Below, piece after piece: positions 29,143-39,900 of a DNA stretch of 64,000 nt. The notes below the pieces were generated by a model. The model ran no database searches. It worked only from the letters and a program-made list of their open reading frames with translations, and was not told where the DNA came from. The stretch's first letter is position 1, and each line of letters opens with the position of its first letter. Source of the DNA: a virus (Duplodnaviria; Caudoviricetes); IMG/VR virus record IMGVR_UViG_2904156775_000002, positions 11,714 to 75,713 of that record; one strand, 5' to 3'. The position numbers were made by a program, and so were the translations under genes.

Positions 29143-30096
29143 ATGAAGAAGAAACCGTTGTTAATCATGGCCCTTACAGTCATCCTGATCTTTACGCTAG
29201 GACAAACCGTGATGGCATTCTCCGATGTAGCCAATAATCCTTATGGAGACAAAATCAAGGCGCTAAAGGAGAAAGGAATCTTAAGCGGGGTTGCCAACGA
29301 CCAATTCAAACCCGGCGACAAGCTTACTTACGCATCCGGTATTTCCATGCTGGTAAAAGGCTTGGATCTCAATCTCGACCTTTTTGATTTTATTAAGGAA
29401 CCAAAAGCAAGCGACTTTTTCTCGAATTTGAGCGACGATGCTTGGTACTCCCATGCATTCATTGTTGCACAGGCCCATGGACTTGAGATACCAAAAGATG
29501 TGAAGGCCAACGATCCGATTACCAAAGAGCAATTCGCCCATCACCTGTTCCAAGCGATGATGACGAAAGGCGACTACGCCTTCATCGAAATCTTCATGCT
29601 CATTAATGACGAAGCCGATGTGAACGGCGCTTATATGAACAGTATCCAAAAGCTGCTCATCAGTAAAATCGCATCCGTCGACAAAGACAACAACTTCTAC
29701 CCGACACAGCCGATTACACGCGGCGAAGCTGCTGCTTGGCTGCATGACGGCTTGAAATTCGTTGCTGAAACCAAGCCAATCGAGCCACAGCCTGAGCTTC
29801 CTGAATTTGAACAAAAGCTTTCGGTTGAAGCTGTCAATGATTCCATTAATAAAGTAACCATCACGGCTCAAATGCCGCATCCGGGCTACGGCCTGCGTAT
29901 TGCTTCGATCCAATTCGATGGTGAGCAAGCGATTATCCACACAGAGCCTATCCTTCCGGACCCGGACAAAATGTATCCGCAAGTGATTACCGAAGTGAAA
30001 GTATCGACTTATGTTGATGCAGCATTCAAGCCCGTCCTTCCCGCACAATCAGAAGGAAGCTCTTCGTCTAGCAGCGAAGCCATTGTGAACAAATAG
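29143..30096 (+). CDS. Secreted S-layer homology (SLH) domain protein with PrcB-like C-terminal domain
   Basis: Signal peptide, FSDV...GILSG...FKP, FYPTQPITRGEAA, MPHPGYGLRI...YPQVIT. Confidence 0.85.
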   Translation: MKKKPLLIMALTVILIFTLGQTVMAFSDVANNPYGDKIKALKEKGILSGVANDQFKPGDKLTYASGISMLVKGLDLNLDLFDFIKEPKASDFFSNLSDDAWYSHAFIVAQAHGLEIPKDVKANDPITKEQFAHHLFQAMMTKGDYAFIEIFMLINDEADVNGAYMNSIQKLLISKIASVDKDNNFYPTQPITRGEAAAWLHDGLKFVAETKPIEPQPELPEFEQKLSVEAVNDSINKVTITAQMPHPGYGLRIASIQFDGEQAIIHTEPILPDPDKMYPQVITEVKVSTYVDAAFKPVLPAQSEGSSSSSSEAIVNK

Positions 30097-30107
30097 TTTA
30101 ACACATT

Positions 30108-30150
30108 AAAGTGCCGCTCCCTAAACCTGGTTTAGAGAGCGGCACTTTTT
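30108..30150. terminator. Bidirectional terminator between convergent genes
   Basis: aaagtgccgctc...gagcggcactttt. Confidence 0.75.
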
Positions 30151-30151
30151 G

Positions 30152-30829
30152 TCATTCATCCGGTATTTGCCAATCTACAGGCTGGATGCCTCTTTCCGCA
30201 AGAAACACATTTGCTTTAGAAAACGGCTTGCTTCCAAAGAAACCATTTCGCGCTGCCAACGGGCTCGGATGTACGGAAGAAATAATGCCATGTTTATTCG
30301 TATCAATCGATTTTGCCTTATCCTGTGCATGCTTGCCCCATAATACGAATAAGGTCGGCTGCTCCCGCTCATTGAGCAACTCGATGATTTTGTCCGTGAA
30401 CGTCTCCCATCCCAGCTTCTTATGGGAAGCCGGCTTCCCGTCCTGTACTGTTAGTACAGTATTCAGCAGCAACACGCCTTGGCGTGCCCAAGACTCCAGA
30501 TTGCCATGGATCGGTATGGCGCAGCCCAAATCCTCAGCCAGTTCCTTATAAATATTGCGCAGCGAAGGCGGCAGCTTCACACCCTTCTGGACGGAGAAGC
30601 TTAAGCCATGGGCCTGTCCAGGGCCATGATAAGGATCTTGTCCCAGAATGACAACCTTCGTATTCGCAAGCGGTGTAAACTGGAGTGCAGCAAATAAATG
30701 TTCTTTTGGCGGATAAATCGCTTCTTCCTGGTACTGAGCTTCTATCTTCTCTAGCAGTTTCTGCATATAGGGTTTGGACAGCTCATCGCTCAAATGTCCT
30801 TGCCAATCGTTGTCCGGTAGCATAATCAA
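30152..30829 (-). CDS. ung: Uracil-DNA glycosylase (family 1)
   Basis: VVILGQDPYH, AHGLSFSV, PPSLRNIYKEL, GVLLLNTVLTV, HPSPL. Confidence 0.97.
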   Translation of the reverse strand: MIMLPDNDWQGHLSDELSKPYMQKLLEKIEAQYQEEAIYPPKEHLFAALQFTPLANTKVVILGQDPYHGPGQAHGLSFSVQKGVKLPPSLRNIYKELAEDLGCAIPIHGNLESWARQGVLLLNTVLTVQDGKPASHKKLGWETFTDKIIELLNEREQPTLFVLWGKHAQDKAKSIDTNKHGIISSVHPSPLAARNGFFGSKPFSKANVFLAERGIQPVDWQIPDE

Positions 30830-30865
30830 TGTCTTCCAGCCTCCATCCCTTAACTCTCACTTCTA

Positions 30866-33472
30866 TTATAACTGGATATGGAATGGAAGCCTATCTCCCC
30901 ATACGACAGATGTACCATCCTTCTTGAGCACATAGGTTGCACCTTTCAGCGCAAAGATACGATCGACATTTTGGATTTTGGCCGGGTGGTAGAAGCGGTC
31001 CACTCCCGTTCTCGTGTCAAAGTCGATAATCGCGCCATCTGAGCTATAAATGACGAAATGTCCATCGGCTCCCGTAACCGACATGGCATTTTTGATATTG
31101 GCCGGTGTTTTGCAATCATCGCCCCAGCAGGCTACTGTCCCGTCCTTTTTCAATGCCATCGTATTTTGACCGGCAATGGCAATCGCTTTTACATTTTTAA
31201 GGCCTTTTGGCATTGCTGTACGCCCCGCAAGATCTCCCCATTCAACAACCGTGCCGTCCTTGCGAAGCGCTGCTGCATAGGATTGGCCGGCTGCAATCGC
31301 TGTGGCATTTTTGACAGTGGCAGGAACTTTGAGCACGGACGATCCGCTCCATCCCCATGCTTTTAGCGTACCGTCCTTCTTCAAAGCAAGCGAGAAGTCT
31401 GGGCCAGCAGCAATATCAATAACGTCTTTTAATCCGTTAGGCACTGTTGCTTCAGGATTTTTTATACGATTGCCTGCCATATCAGTGCCAGAATAACCTC
31501 CCCAAGCTTCAACCGTACCGTTATCCTTCAACACCAATGCATGCATGCTCGAAAATACATATTTCTTCAAGCCTTCTGCCCGCTCGGGAGCATCAGCCAT
31601 GATGTAGCTGTTTCCTTGAACGGAAATCCGCTTATCTTTGCTAACTATAAAGCTTAGCTCATTATTTTTGTACAGGAATGTCGCGCTCTTTACATTCTTC
31701 AATTGGGTATTGTCATTGCGTTCATACGGATCAAGTACGATGACGTCCCCGTTCGCTAACACCCCGATATCGCCTGAAACTTGACGGAATGCCGTCTGGT
31801 CGTATCTGTTCAATTCCTTGCCTGTGTATGCGTCGAAAGCAATAGCAGTTCCATTGTCCATCAGTACCCATAACGCTTCGGAATGAGCGCCGAAGCTGAT
31901 GGCCGCTGGCTTCACTTTTTCATTCTTTAATGAATCAATTCGTACAGAATGTCCAAACTCATCCCAAACCGTAACGGACACATCCTCATTTAGAATTGCC
32001 GCATACGATCCACCGCTCGCAATAGCAGTTGCTTTTGCTGTTTGGGCAGGCATCATATTAGCTTTATACCCCCAAGCAACGACCGTTCCGTCCTTCTTCA
32101 AGGCCAGATTAGGAACTCCAGCAGCTATCGCAACAACATCATCAAGATCTTCTGGCACTTCGATAAAGCCTAGACGATTGCTTCCCCAACCCGTAACTTT
32201 CCCATCCTGGCTGAGCGCTAAGGAATACTCATACCCTGCAGCTACTGCCGTTACATTCCGAAGTCCAGACGGAACGGTCGCTTCCCCATTATTGTTGTTG
32301 CCCCAGGCTATTACCGTTCCATCCTTTTTCATTGCAAGCGCATGTTGGCTTCTGGACACGGAGACGGACACCATATCCTTTGCAGCAGCAGGGATCTTTT
32401 TCAACTGGGGCGAACTGAACTTTGACCATTGCGTTAGCGTCCCATCATTACGAACCGCTACATACTCCGTATCATTCATGGCAACGGATGAGATCGAAGA
32501 AGCCGCTTGTGCCGGGACAAAACCGCCATAAGAAGCAGAAGGCCATTGGACCAATTGACCTTCCTTCGTCAAGCCAAGGGCACCCGCTTCCCCGTCGGCT
32601 ACCATAGCAGCGAGCTTTGGCATATCCGGAAGCAGTGAAACTTTGCCCTCTTTCCAAACGGCAATAGAGCCATCAGCCCGCAGCAGGTAAATCTCGTCAA
32701 ATCCCGCTTCAATACCAACGATATCCCGGTAAGGCGCTGTTTGAAGCTCTGTCTTCTCGAAGCCGCTGCCCCAGGCAATTGCCCTTCCGTCTTTGGTTAG
32801 CGCCGCAGACACCTGCGAACCAGCTGCAATAGCAATGGCGTTCGAGACTTCTTTCGGAACCTTGGTATTGCCTCTGTAATCCTTGCCCCAGGCGATCACG
32901 GTTCCGTTCTTCTTCAGCGCCAGTGCATGATAAGCGCCGCCAGAAATATCTGCCACGCCCGCCAAACCCTTCGGGATTGCCGTCAGCGGGCTGCCCCCAT
33001 CATTGCGGTAGCGGTGATAGGATACTTTTCCGTTCTTATGTACGATTAGCAGCGTGCCGGCACTTGCAGATATGGCTGCAGCATCCTTCACCTTCGCTGG
33101 ATCGATTCCTGCGTGTATGCTTTGCAGAATATCCCCGCTGCCCCATTGGACAATCGAGCCGTTCTTCTTCAAGGCAAAAGCCATCTTGCCAGATGAGGTT
33201 AACGCCACCGCCTCACGCACGTTAGCAGGCGTCTTTGGCTCACCATTAAACGAATCACCCCACACGACAACAGAACCGTTATTTTTGATTGTCATATAAT
33301 GATATTGGTTTGAAGACAGCTTTTTTTGATTGGCAAGAACCTCAGCTGCTGTCAGTTTTGTGGCCTGTCCAGCGGAAACTGGCTGCACGGCCGCCGCTGT
33401 TAGCGGCAAAACAGATAACAATACCAGGAATGCGATCATGATCGCTAGACTCTTCATCGACTTGCTTCGCAT
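30866..33472 (-). CDS. Secreted RCC1/BLIP-II repeat beta-propeller protein
   Basis: Signal peptide; many HALALKKDGTVxAWG repeats; ATG at 33472 after ggaggag. Confidence 0.85.
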   Translation of the reverse strand: MRSKSMKSLAIMIAFLVLLSVLPLTAAAVQPVSAGQATKLTAAEVLANQKKLSSNQYHYMTIKNNGSVVVWGDSFNGEPKTPANVREAVALTSSGKMAFALKKNGSIVQWGSGDILQSIHAGIDPAKVKDAAAISASAGTLLIVHKNGKVSYHRYRNDGGSPLTAIPKGLAGVADISGGAYHALALKKNGTVIAWGKDYRGNTKVPKEVSNAIAIAAGSQVSAALTKDGRAIAWGSGFEKTELQTAPYRDIVGIEAGFDEIYLLRADGSIAVWKEGKVSLLPDMPKLAAMVADGEAGALGLTKEGQLVQWPSASYGGFVPAQAASSISSVAMNDTEYVAVRNDGTLTQWSKFSSPQLKKIPAAAKDMVSVSVSRSQHALAMKKDGTVIAWGNNNNGEATVPSGLRNVTAVAAGYEYSLALSQDGKVTGWGSNRLGFIEVPEDLDDVVAIAAGVPNLALKKDGTVVAWGYKANMMPAQTAKATAIASGGSYAAILNEDVSVTVWDEFGHSVRIDSLKNEKVKPAAISFGAHSEALWVLMDNGTAIAFDAYTGKELNRYDQTAFRQVSGDIGVLANGDVIVLDPYERNDNTQLKNVKSATFLYKNNELSFIVSKDKRISVQGNSYIMADAPERAEGLKKYVFSSMHALVLKDNGTVEAWGGYSGTDMAGNRIKNPEATVPNGLKDVIDIAAGPDFSLALKKDGTLKAWGWSGSSVLKVPATVKNATAIAAGQSYAAALRKDGTVVEWGDLAGRTAMPKGLKNVKAIAIAGQNTMALKKDGTVACWGDDCKTPANIKNAMSVTGADGHFVIYSSDGAIIDFDTRTGVDRFYHPAKIQNVDRIFALKGATYVLKKDGTSVVWGDRLPFHIQL

Positions 33473-33687
33473 TGTACACTCTCCTCCAGCAATTGGATAA
33501 ATGGACATCCTATTATTATATGGCAAATAGGTATATTTGTCTCTTTTTGTCTGAACAGGGAGAAGAGAAGCGTATTTTCATAGGATAAAAGAATGATAAG
33601 CGGAGTGACCTATTTTCAAATATCGCCAATTTGCGATTTATGAGGTAAGCTAAAAGCTGATTACTTTGAAAGGGGCTAGTCGAAGTT

Positions 33688-34326
33688 TTGAAAAAAATCA
33701 TCATATTCTCATTCATCATGGTCCTGTTGCTTACTTCTTGCGGAGGGTATGAAACCAAGACGCTTCTATCAACGGAGTATGAATACGAGTTGGTATTCCC
33801 TAGCGACAAATATCCGGAGACTGCTCTCCATATTCATGGGGCGATCGAGCAAGGCTACTCCAGCATTTGTACGATTGATCGGGACGGGGCTGAAGCCAAT
33901 CGCAAGCTATCGCTTGCCGGGATTGATACAAGAGATGGCTATGACAGGGACGAGTGGCCGATGGCCATGTGCGAGGAAGGCGGAAAAGGAGCTAGTGTCG
34001 CGTACATAGATTCAAGCGATAACCGCGGGGCCGGGAGCTGGGTTGGACACCAGCTGTCAAGCTATCCGAACGGAGCAAAAGTGTTGTTTATCGTGGATAA
34101 GCCGAAGGTGCTGTTCCCTAATCATCCCGTGACTGCTAAGCCGTCGGATGCTCCAGTGGAGACACCTATAATAGAGGAGCTTCAAGTTGAAGAAATAATG
34201 GATGAGGTTATTGTATACGCCAACTGTGCCGCTGTCAGAGCAGCCGGCAAAGCTCCGCTACATGAAGGCGAACCCGGCTACAGCCGGAAGCTGGATCGGG
34301 ATGACGATGGGGTTGCTTGTGAGTAG
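33688..34326 (+). CDS. NucA/NucB-family DNase lipoprotein with C-terminal excalibur Ca-binding domain
   Basis: Lipobox LLTSC; [14 protein letters not shown]...DNRGAG; [33 protein letters not shown]. Confidence 0.9.
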   Translation: MKKIIIFSFIMVLLLTSCGGYETKTLLSTEYEYELVFPSDKYPETALHIHGAIEQGYSSICTIDRDGAEANRKLSLAGIDTRDGYDRDEWPMAMCEEGGKGASVAYIDSSDNRGAGSWVGHQLSSYPNGAKVLFIVDKPKVLFPNHPVTAKPSDAPVETPIIEELQVEEIMDEVIVYANCAAVRAAGKAPLHEGEPGYSRKLDRDDDGVACE

Positions 34327-34327
34327 G

Positions 34328-34363
34328 AAGAGTGCTGCGAAGGGGATTCGCAGCACTCTTTTT
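34328..34363. terminator. Terminator between the nuclease gene and element 2
   Basis: aagagtgctgcgaa...ttcgcagcactctt followed by T tract. Confidence 0.75.
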
Positions 34364-34392
34364 AGTATCGAGGTACATTTCAAGAGGATTAG

Positions 34393-37026
34393 TTATAAAG
34401 CATGCCAATTTAGTTTTAAGTTAAAGCTTTCTGTCACGCTGCTATGATAATTATAGAATGTCAATTTTAAAGCTATTACACTACCATCGTTAGGGTCAGG
34501 CATGAGGTCAGCATCATAGAGCATCGTATAGCTTCGTGCCCATACTCTCGGCGATAATACATGAATACCGTAAGGAGGCGTATTCCTTTGTCCAGATACA
34601 TGTCCCCGCACGTTATCTACATCTACATATGTAGCCCATAGGGAACGACCAAGCCCGTCAGCATTATTGGCTGCCTTGCGCCCTACAGTTAATTGTGCGC
34701 CATAGTTGAAATTATCGTATTCCGTATTACCCTCTAACGAGATGGATAGATTGAGACTGCGGCGACCTTTGCCTATTGGGATATAATAGGTTTGATATTC
34801 TTTGGGTCCAACAGAGACGCTTAAGGGTCTGGCTCCATATGGAGTGCCTCCAAATGCGACATCTCCTCCCTCCGTCCGGATTGATCGCTCATCTCGGTAC
34901 CGAGGATCGTGGTATATTCGCTCTTTGAATAAAGGAAAACCGTTAGGATCAAAATGTTTATTAATATTTAGATTTCCTCCAGGGTCTTCACCGCCATATC
35001 CAATTAATATATAGCCTATTCGAAGACTACCGTCCGGCGGATTAGGAGGATATGCAATTCTTCCCCCTTCTGTACCAGCACTCAAGTAATGTATAGTACT
35101 GTTCTTATCAATGTATAGATATCTATATTCCCAGCCGTCTAGATCGCTTTCGGATACAATTAATGAACGGTTACTAAACCTAGTCTCAGGTATTAGCTTA
35201 TACGACCCATCCGGCATAATAACCTCAGAAGCTGAAACTACGATGTCAGCTGTCAATTTGGGCCATAAAAAAACAGACCCTGATTTCAAGTAATTATCAC
35301 TTACCCCATTTACTCCAGTGAAGGAGTTTGCAGTTTTACCTGTGTATTCAAATTCATAAACAAATCCAAATAAGTTAGGGTTAGTTATATCGTTAATATA
35401 GGCAGTCCCGCTTTCCGGAAATTGCTCCGTCGATTCCACATAAATCGTAGAAGCATTGATTGCGACAGCTGATGTCAACAACGTTTTAACTACCTCTTGC
35501 TTTCGATTCTCTATTCTAATAATACCACCGCTATGAATTCCTTTTCCCGCGATATCGTCAAGTCCTTTTTGTGTAATAGAACTCCAAGCATCTTGTAAGG
35601 CTTGCCTCAGGTAGGCTAGTTTCCCGGATAAAGCTGCGAATTTAGAGTTGACCTCTGCTCGTTCGTCCGGAGTAATTCCGGAGTCTGCAATTGCTGTCTC
35701 AATTGCGGTTAGCAGATCGTTAAAAGAAATATCATACTGCCGTTTAGCGTTTCCAAGGGCACTTTTCAACGTTACATTAGTCAAATATAAACTGGAATAA
35801 ATCCGTTCGTATTCTGCATCCACATCCGCTTTTTCCTTGGCCAACTGGAGCTTATGCTCAGCTATGATTTGCTTTTCAGCTTCACTAATCAGACCGTCAG
35901 CAAACGAAGTCTCTATATAGTCTTCAAAATCATATTGTGCACGCTCAAGCTCCAATTGCTGCTGCTCCAGCTCAGCAGTACGCTTCTCCACCAGCATTTG
36001 GTACTCCCTTTGTTTACGACGGTATTGGAGCAAATAGTCAGAAACGTACAGCTCGCGATAATTGCCTAATACAAATCTAGGCGAGACTCGCTTTTCAAAC
36101 GGATTGCGTTCATGCTCATAAATTCTGGCTGATAAATGATACCCCATCTTCTCATTGATAACCAGTACGTCATCTCCAACGTTTACTTCACTGAGCTCAA
36201 TCGATTCAATATCATAGCTTTCACGCGGTAGTTCGTAATTCTTCAAATATCGCTCCATTACAGCTAACAACTTTGATTGTTCATCGATGTCGGACCATTC
36301 CATCTTTCCTTCATATGGGCGCTGTGAATCGTAGTAAGGAGAGTCTAAATATTTTTTTGTATGCCCCAAATAACCCTCAATCGTCAACCCATCTTTTCCG
36401 TATCCATATAACCGCGTAATTCGCTCCGTATCTTGAACAGTACGACGAATGGATTTCAGATTTTTGCGGTAACGAATTTGTTTACCTGAATTAACTCCCT
36501 TTCGAGTTGTGAAGGTAACCGTATAGTTGTCGTATGATAAATCCGCATTAAACACTTCACGCAGCTCATGAAGAAGAGCAAGCTTGCTCTTCTCACCCCA
36601 TTCAAATATATCTTGGGCAATGAAAGTACCATTAATATTAAACATGAACGGCGTTCCCGCAAAAAGTCGAGTAAGCATTGTCTCAATGGTTTGCGCAGCT
36701 GCAAAATCAATATAGTCTTCATGATAGTAACGGCCCAAATCAAAGAAGATATGATGAGCTTCAATCTCCATATATGCATTTGACACATCATGTTTCTCAT
36801 CTGACTTCCAAATCAGAAAACGCTGGTCTTTTTCAATCTCATTTGGAAATCTGATTTCATAACCCGTTTCAATCATTTCGTAACGTTCATCGTCCCCTGG
36901 CAGTTTAGGATAACGAAATGTAATATAATATTCGCCGTTTAATACTTCGCGAACACGAACGGAAGAGGCGGCTGGCAAATAGGCCAACCGCCCCTCGTTA
37001 CTCCATAACTCTAATTTGGAAATCAT
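34393..37026 (-). CDS. Tal / prophage tail spike protein
   Basis: REVLNGEY, KQIRYRKNLKSI, ITRLYGYGKDGLTI, DGLISEAEK repeat. Confidence 0.8.
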   Translation of the reverse strand: MISKLELWSNEGRLAYLPAASSVRVREVLNGEYYITFRYPKLPGDDERYEMIETGYEIRFPNEIEKDQRFLIWKSDEKHDVSNAYMEIEAHHIFFDLGRYYHEDYIDFAAAQTIETMLTRLFAGTPFMFNINGTFIAQDIFEWGEKSKLALLHELREVFNADLSYDNYTVTFTTRKGVNSGKQIRYRKNLKSIRRTVQDTERITRLYGYGKDGLTIEGYLGHTKKYLDSPYYDSQRPYEGKMEWSDIDEQSKLLAVMERYLKNYELPRESYDIESIELSEVNVGDDVLVINEKMGYHLSARIYEHERNPFEKRVSPRFVLGNYRELYVSDYLLQYRRKQREYQMLVEKRTAELEQQQLELERAQYDFEDYIETSFADGLISEAEKQIIAEHKLQLAKEKADVDAEYERIYSSLYLTNVTLKSALGNAKRQYDISFNDLLTAIETAIADSGITPDERAEVNSKFAALSGKLAYLRQALQDAWSSITQKGLDDIAGKGIHSGGIIRIENRKQEVVKTLLTSAVAINASTIYVESTEQFPESGTAYINDITNPNLFGFVYEFEYTGKTANSFTGVNGVSDNYLKSGSVFLWPKLTADIVVSASEVIMPDGSYKLIPETRFSNRSLIVSESDLDGWEYRYLYIDKNSTIHYLSAGTEGGRIAYPPNPPDGSLRIGYILIGYGGEDPGGNLNINKHFDPNGFPLFKERIYHDPRYRDERSIRTEGGDVAFGGTPYGARPLSVSVGPKEYQTYYIPIGKGRRSLNLSISLEGNTEYDNFNYGAQLTVGRKAANNADGLGRSLWATYVDVDNVRGHVSGQRNTPPYGIHVLSPRVWARSYTMLYDADLMPDPNDGSVIALKLTFYNYHSSVTESFNLKLNWHAL

Positions 37027-37172
37027 TCCAACTCGCCGCCTTCAACTCCAGGTGAGCTTGTCTCTATCATCAACATTGTTCGATATGGCTCAGGAACATA
37101 ATCAATTGGGAGCCGCCCTGATTGGACTGCTGTACGGTACATTCCAAGGTAGATTTCGTTTACATTATTCAT
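37023..37172 (-). CDS. Small XkdX/CD1375-like phage protein (not in the ORF track)
   Basis: MNNVNEIYLGMYRTAVQSGRLPIDYVPEPYR..., 49 aa; RBS ggagg; stop overlaps the Tal start (ATGA). Confidence 0.6.
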   Translation of the reverse strand: MNNVNEIYLGMYRTAVQSGRLPIDYVPEPYRTMLMIETSSPGVEGGELE

Positions 37173-37350
37173 CTGCATTTCCTCCCTCCAATATTTCAAT
37201 TCTATTTCTTAAATAATCGACTTCTGACATAAGAACTGTAAGTAGCATAGTCGCCATCTCCATGTTCAGCTGAAATGTACTTTTATGAGGAGCCACCTCT
37301 ATCCCCTTTGACTTGAGATAATCCACCGCATTTTGCAATGATGGTTCCAT
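37165..37350 (-). CDS. Small tail fibre chaperone-like protein
   Basis: 61 aa, translationally coupled after the fibre gene; LRNRIEILEGG end. Confidence 0.55.
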   Translation of the reverse strand: MEPSLQNAVDYLKSKGIEVAPHKSTFQLNMEMATMLLTVLMSEVDYLRNRIEILEGGNADE

Positions 37351-37351
37351 A

Positions 37352-39880
37352 TTATGCCTCCTCCAGCGCTAATAGTCTTGCGGTATGCTGTGCCAATATC
37401 CAATCTTGTACGCCATCATGCGTCTTAATTGATGCGATATCTTGAGCAGATTGTGCCACAACACTGCTAAGAGTAGTTTGATAAGATATTGAAGCTTCCA
37501 ATGCGTTTGATGTATATAAATGCTTATCTAATACAATATAGTCAACATAGACATTGTTGAGATCATTCAGCTCAGATACAGGTATTGATGCTCTACTGGT
37601 TCCATAAGCATTATTGGATACTACAACCTTCCATTTTTCATTTCGATTGCCACCATCATAAACAGCAGTAATCAATGCTGCCCTGCGATTTAACTGAGAG
37701 CCAGAGGGAATCTCGTAGCTAGGCGTCGTCACGTTCTGCATATTAATGAAGTATTCGTTGTTCGTATTAACTCCAACGCCTCTAACCGGGTTGACCTTCT
37801 CACGAATGACCATTCCTTCAAGTAGTTCAATCATATTTCCGCCAGATTCCAATGATAATCCGCCTTGGTCATCTGCAATTTGTTCAATAACTGGAGTCGA
37901 TAACACATAATCCAGTGTTGCCCAGGCTTCCCAGCCCGGAGCTTTATTGTTTGCGACAAAAGCCTCGGTATTGGTGACTGGCGCTGCTCCTGTCAGAATC
38001 GAAACCCAATTTGTATACGAATTACCGTTATTTCCACTGGCGCGCCAACCATTGCTTAACGCTGCAACTGCGTTATTATTGGGATTAACGTTATCTATCC
38101 AACCACTATCCTCGTTTGTTACCGATAACACCACACCACCATATGCGGTGTTTAATCTAAATTCATTTGGGGCATTTTGAGCATTGTTTATGATATCTTG
38201 TCTGAGAATCGAACCATCGTACTTTACGGCAACAGCGCTATCATTAACATAGTCAGCTATTACATTACGCACAATTCTCTTGTATCCGCTAAAGTTTGAA
38301 TGGAACACCCACCCCATTGTCCGGTCCAGTTTAACCCCCGTCCGCCAACGTCTAAACACTTTCCCCGTAGCGCTATCATAATTGTCCGTAATGCTTCGGT
38401 CAGCGTTACTCGCGAGTGGTACGGGACAATGAGCATATTGGTCGACCCGAGGTTCAAATAAGGCTGGGAGTTGATCTGCGTCGCCGAGAACAAGCATCCA
38501 ATCCTTAAACTCAAATGTCCCAGTCGTGCCAGCATACATTGTGATTCGTATTCTAACAACATCGGATTGCGTCACAAAGGTCCCGTATGACGAATTTCCA
38601 GCAGGTAAAATTATTCGTTCTGTATACTTGCTTCCATCCGCCCTTTCCTCAAGTACTGAAGCATAATTACTTGTCGAATATCTAAACCATGCAAATGTAT
38701 ATGTTGTCTGGGGTGTGACGTTTGGATTTATCAGACAACCATAATCTGTTGCGGCAGAAGCATTAAGCGACACGTTATACTGGTTGATTAATACGGCATT
38801 ATTATGAATGTAATCTGGCACGCCTAGCAACAGGTTTTTACCCCTCTTCCGTACATTCACGCCCTGCAAATGTTTTACTCCGTCTATATACGGCAAGTAG
38901 GCGTCAAGAGCGTCGCCTTTTAAAGTAGTACCAATGGTTGCAAAGTCGGCATCTGACACTTCATAAATACGAAAAGAATCAATAAAAGCAGTGCCTGTCG
39001 TCGAAGTAACACCACTTGTTCCTACATACAACCTAAAGCCATCTGTTGTAATTACATTATTTTTAGGTATTTTCACATAGACAAGTTGCCAAGTCCCTGT
39101 AATCGTCGATGATGCAGCGGCGCTATATCTTTGGTTAACTCCATTATTTTTATCGTATATCCGGATGGCAAAATTACCTTGAGTAATGGAGTCAATATAA
39201 ATCCATCCAATAAGTAAATACTGTTTACTCCATTCGAGTTTATATGAATAATCCTTGTAGAGTAAGCTATTCTCGTTTGATACAAACTTAAATGATTTAC
39301 TACCTGTCTTAAACCGTTCTGTGGATAACACAACAGGCGATCCGTACGAACTAAATGAATCTAACCTCTCACACCCTCCATCGCTACCAGTTATATTAAC
39401 CAATGTCCGACCCTTAACCTGTACGGTCGCCCCGCTCGCTTGTGTTGTATTAACAACATTCATACCCCGATTAAGCATCGTTGTCTGATCGCGATCCTCC
39501 ATCTGGCGCCTTTCCATTCGATCCAATCTCGCCTTCAGCACTGGATGAACTGTACCGTCTGATCCGGCTCTCGCGTCCACAATTTCGGAATTGCTATTTC
39601 CAGCTTGTCCAACAATGCCATTAATCCTCTGGTTTTGACTGTCAATCGCTTCCTTAACATTTCTAGCTCCGCTGACTGGGCCGCTATACGTAATGCGATC
39701 CGCAGGGTGAGCTGTGGTACTGGAAGTGTGAGCGTTGTCTGCGGTCATGCGGGCTTGTTGCTCCGCGCTCACTTGCTGTTGAAGTGAGCTCAAATCGGCA
39801 TGGGCACGATCAAAATTTCGATTGTGTTTAGCTAAGTTATCAAGATCAAGCATCTTGTCTATTTTTTCAAATCGACTCAT
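37352..39880 (-). CDS. Tail fibre / receptor-binding protein
   Basis: NSEIVDAR...VLKARLD, VKGRTLVN, carbohydrate-binding-like domains, LDYVLSTP. Confidence 0.75.
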   Translation of the reverse strand: MSRFEKIDKMLDLDNLAKHNRNFDRAHADLSSLQQQVSAEQQARMTADNAHTSSTTAHPADRITYSGPVSGARNVKEAIDSQNQRINGIVGQAGNSNSEIVDARAGSDGTVHPVLKARLDRMERRQMEDRDQTTMLNRGMNVVNTTQASGATVQVKGRTLVNITGSDGGCERLDSFSSYGSPVVLSTERFKTGSKSFKFVSNENSLLYKDYSYKLEWSKQYLLIGWIYIDSITQGNFAIRIYDKNNGVNQRYSAAASSTITGTWQLVYVKIPKNNVITTDGFRLYVGTSGVTSTTGTAFIDSFRIYEVSDADFATIGTTLKGDALDAYLPYIDGVKHLQGVNVRKRGKNLLLGVPDYIHNNAVLINQYNVSLNASAATDYGCLINPNVTPQTTYTFAWFRYSTSNYASVLEERADGSKYTERIILPAGNSSYGTFVTQSDVVRIRITMYAGTTGTFEFKDWMLVLGDADQLPALFEPRVDQYAHCPVPLASNADRSITDNYDSATGKVFRRWRTGVKLDRTMGWVFHSNFSGYKRIVRNVIADYVNDSAVAVKYDGSILRQDIINNAQNAPNEFRLNTAYGGVVLSVTNEDSGWIDNVNPNNNAVAALSNGWRASGNNGNSYTNWVSILTGAAPVTNTEAFVANNKAPGWEAWATLDYVLSTPVIEQIADDQGGLSLESGGNMIELLEGMVIREKVNPVRGVGVNTNNEYFINMQNVTTPSYEIPSGSQLNRRAALITAVYDGGNRNEKWKVVVSNNAYGTSRASIPVSELNDLNNVYVDYIVLDKHLYTSNALEASISYQTTLSSVVAQSAQDIASIKTHDGVQDWILAQHTARLLALEEA

Positions 39881-39900
39881 ATTCTTACGCTCCTTTCGAA

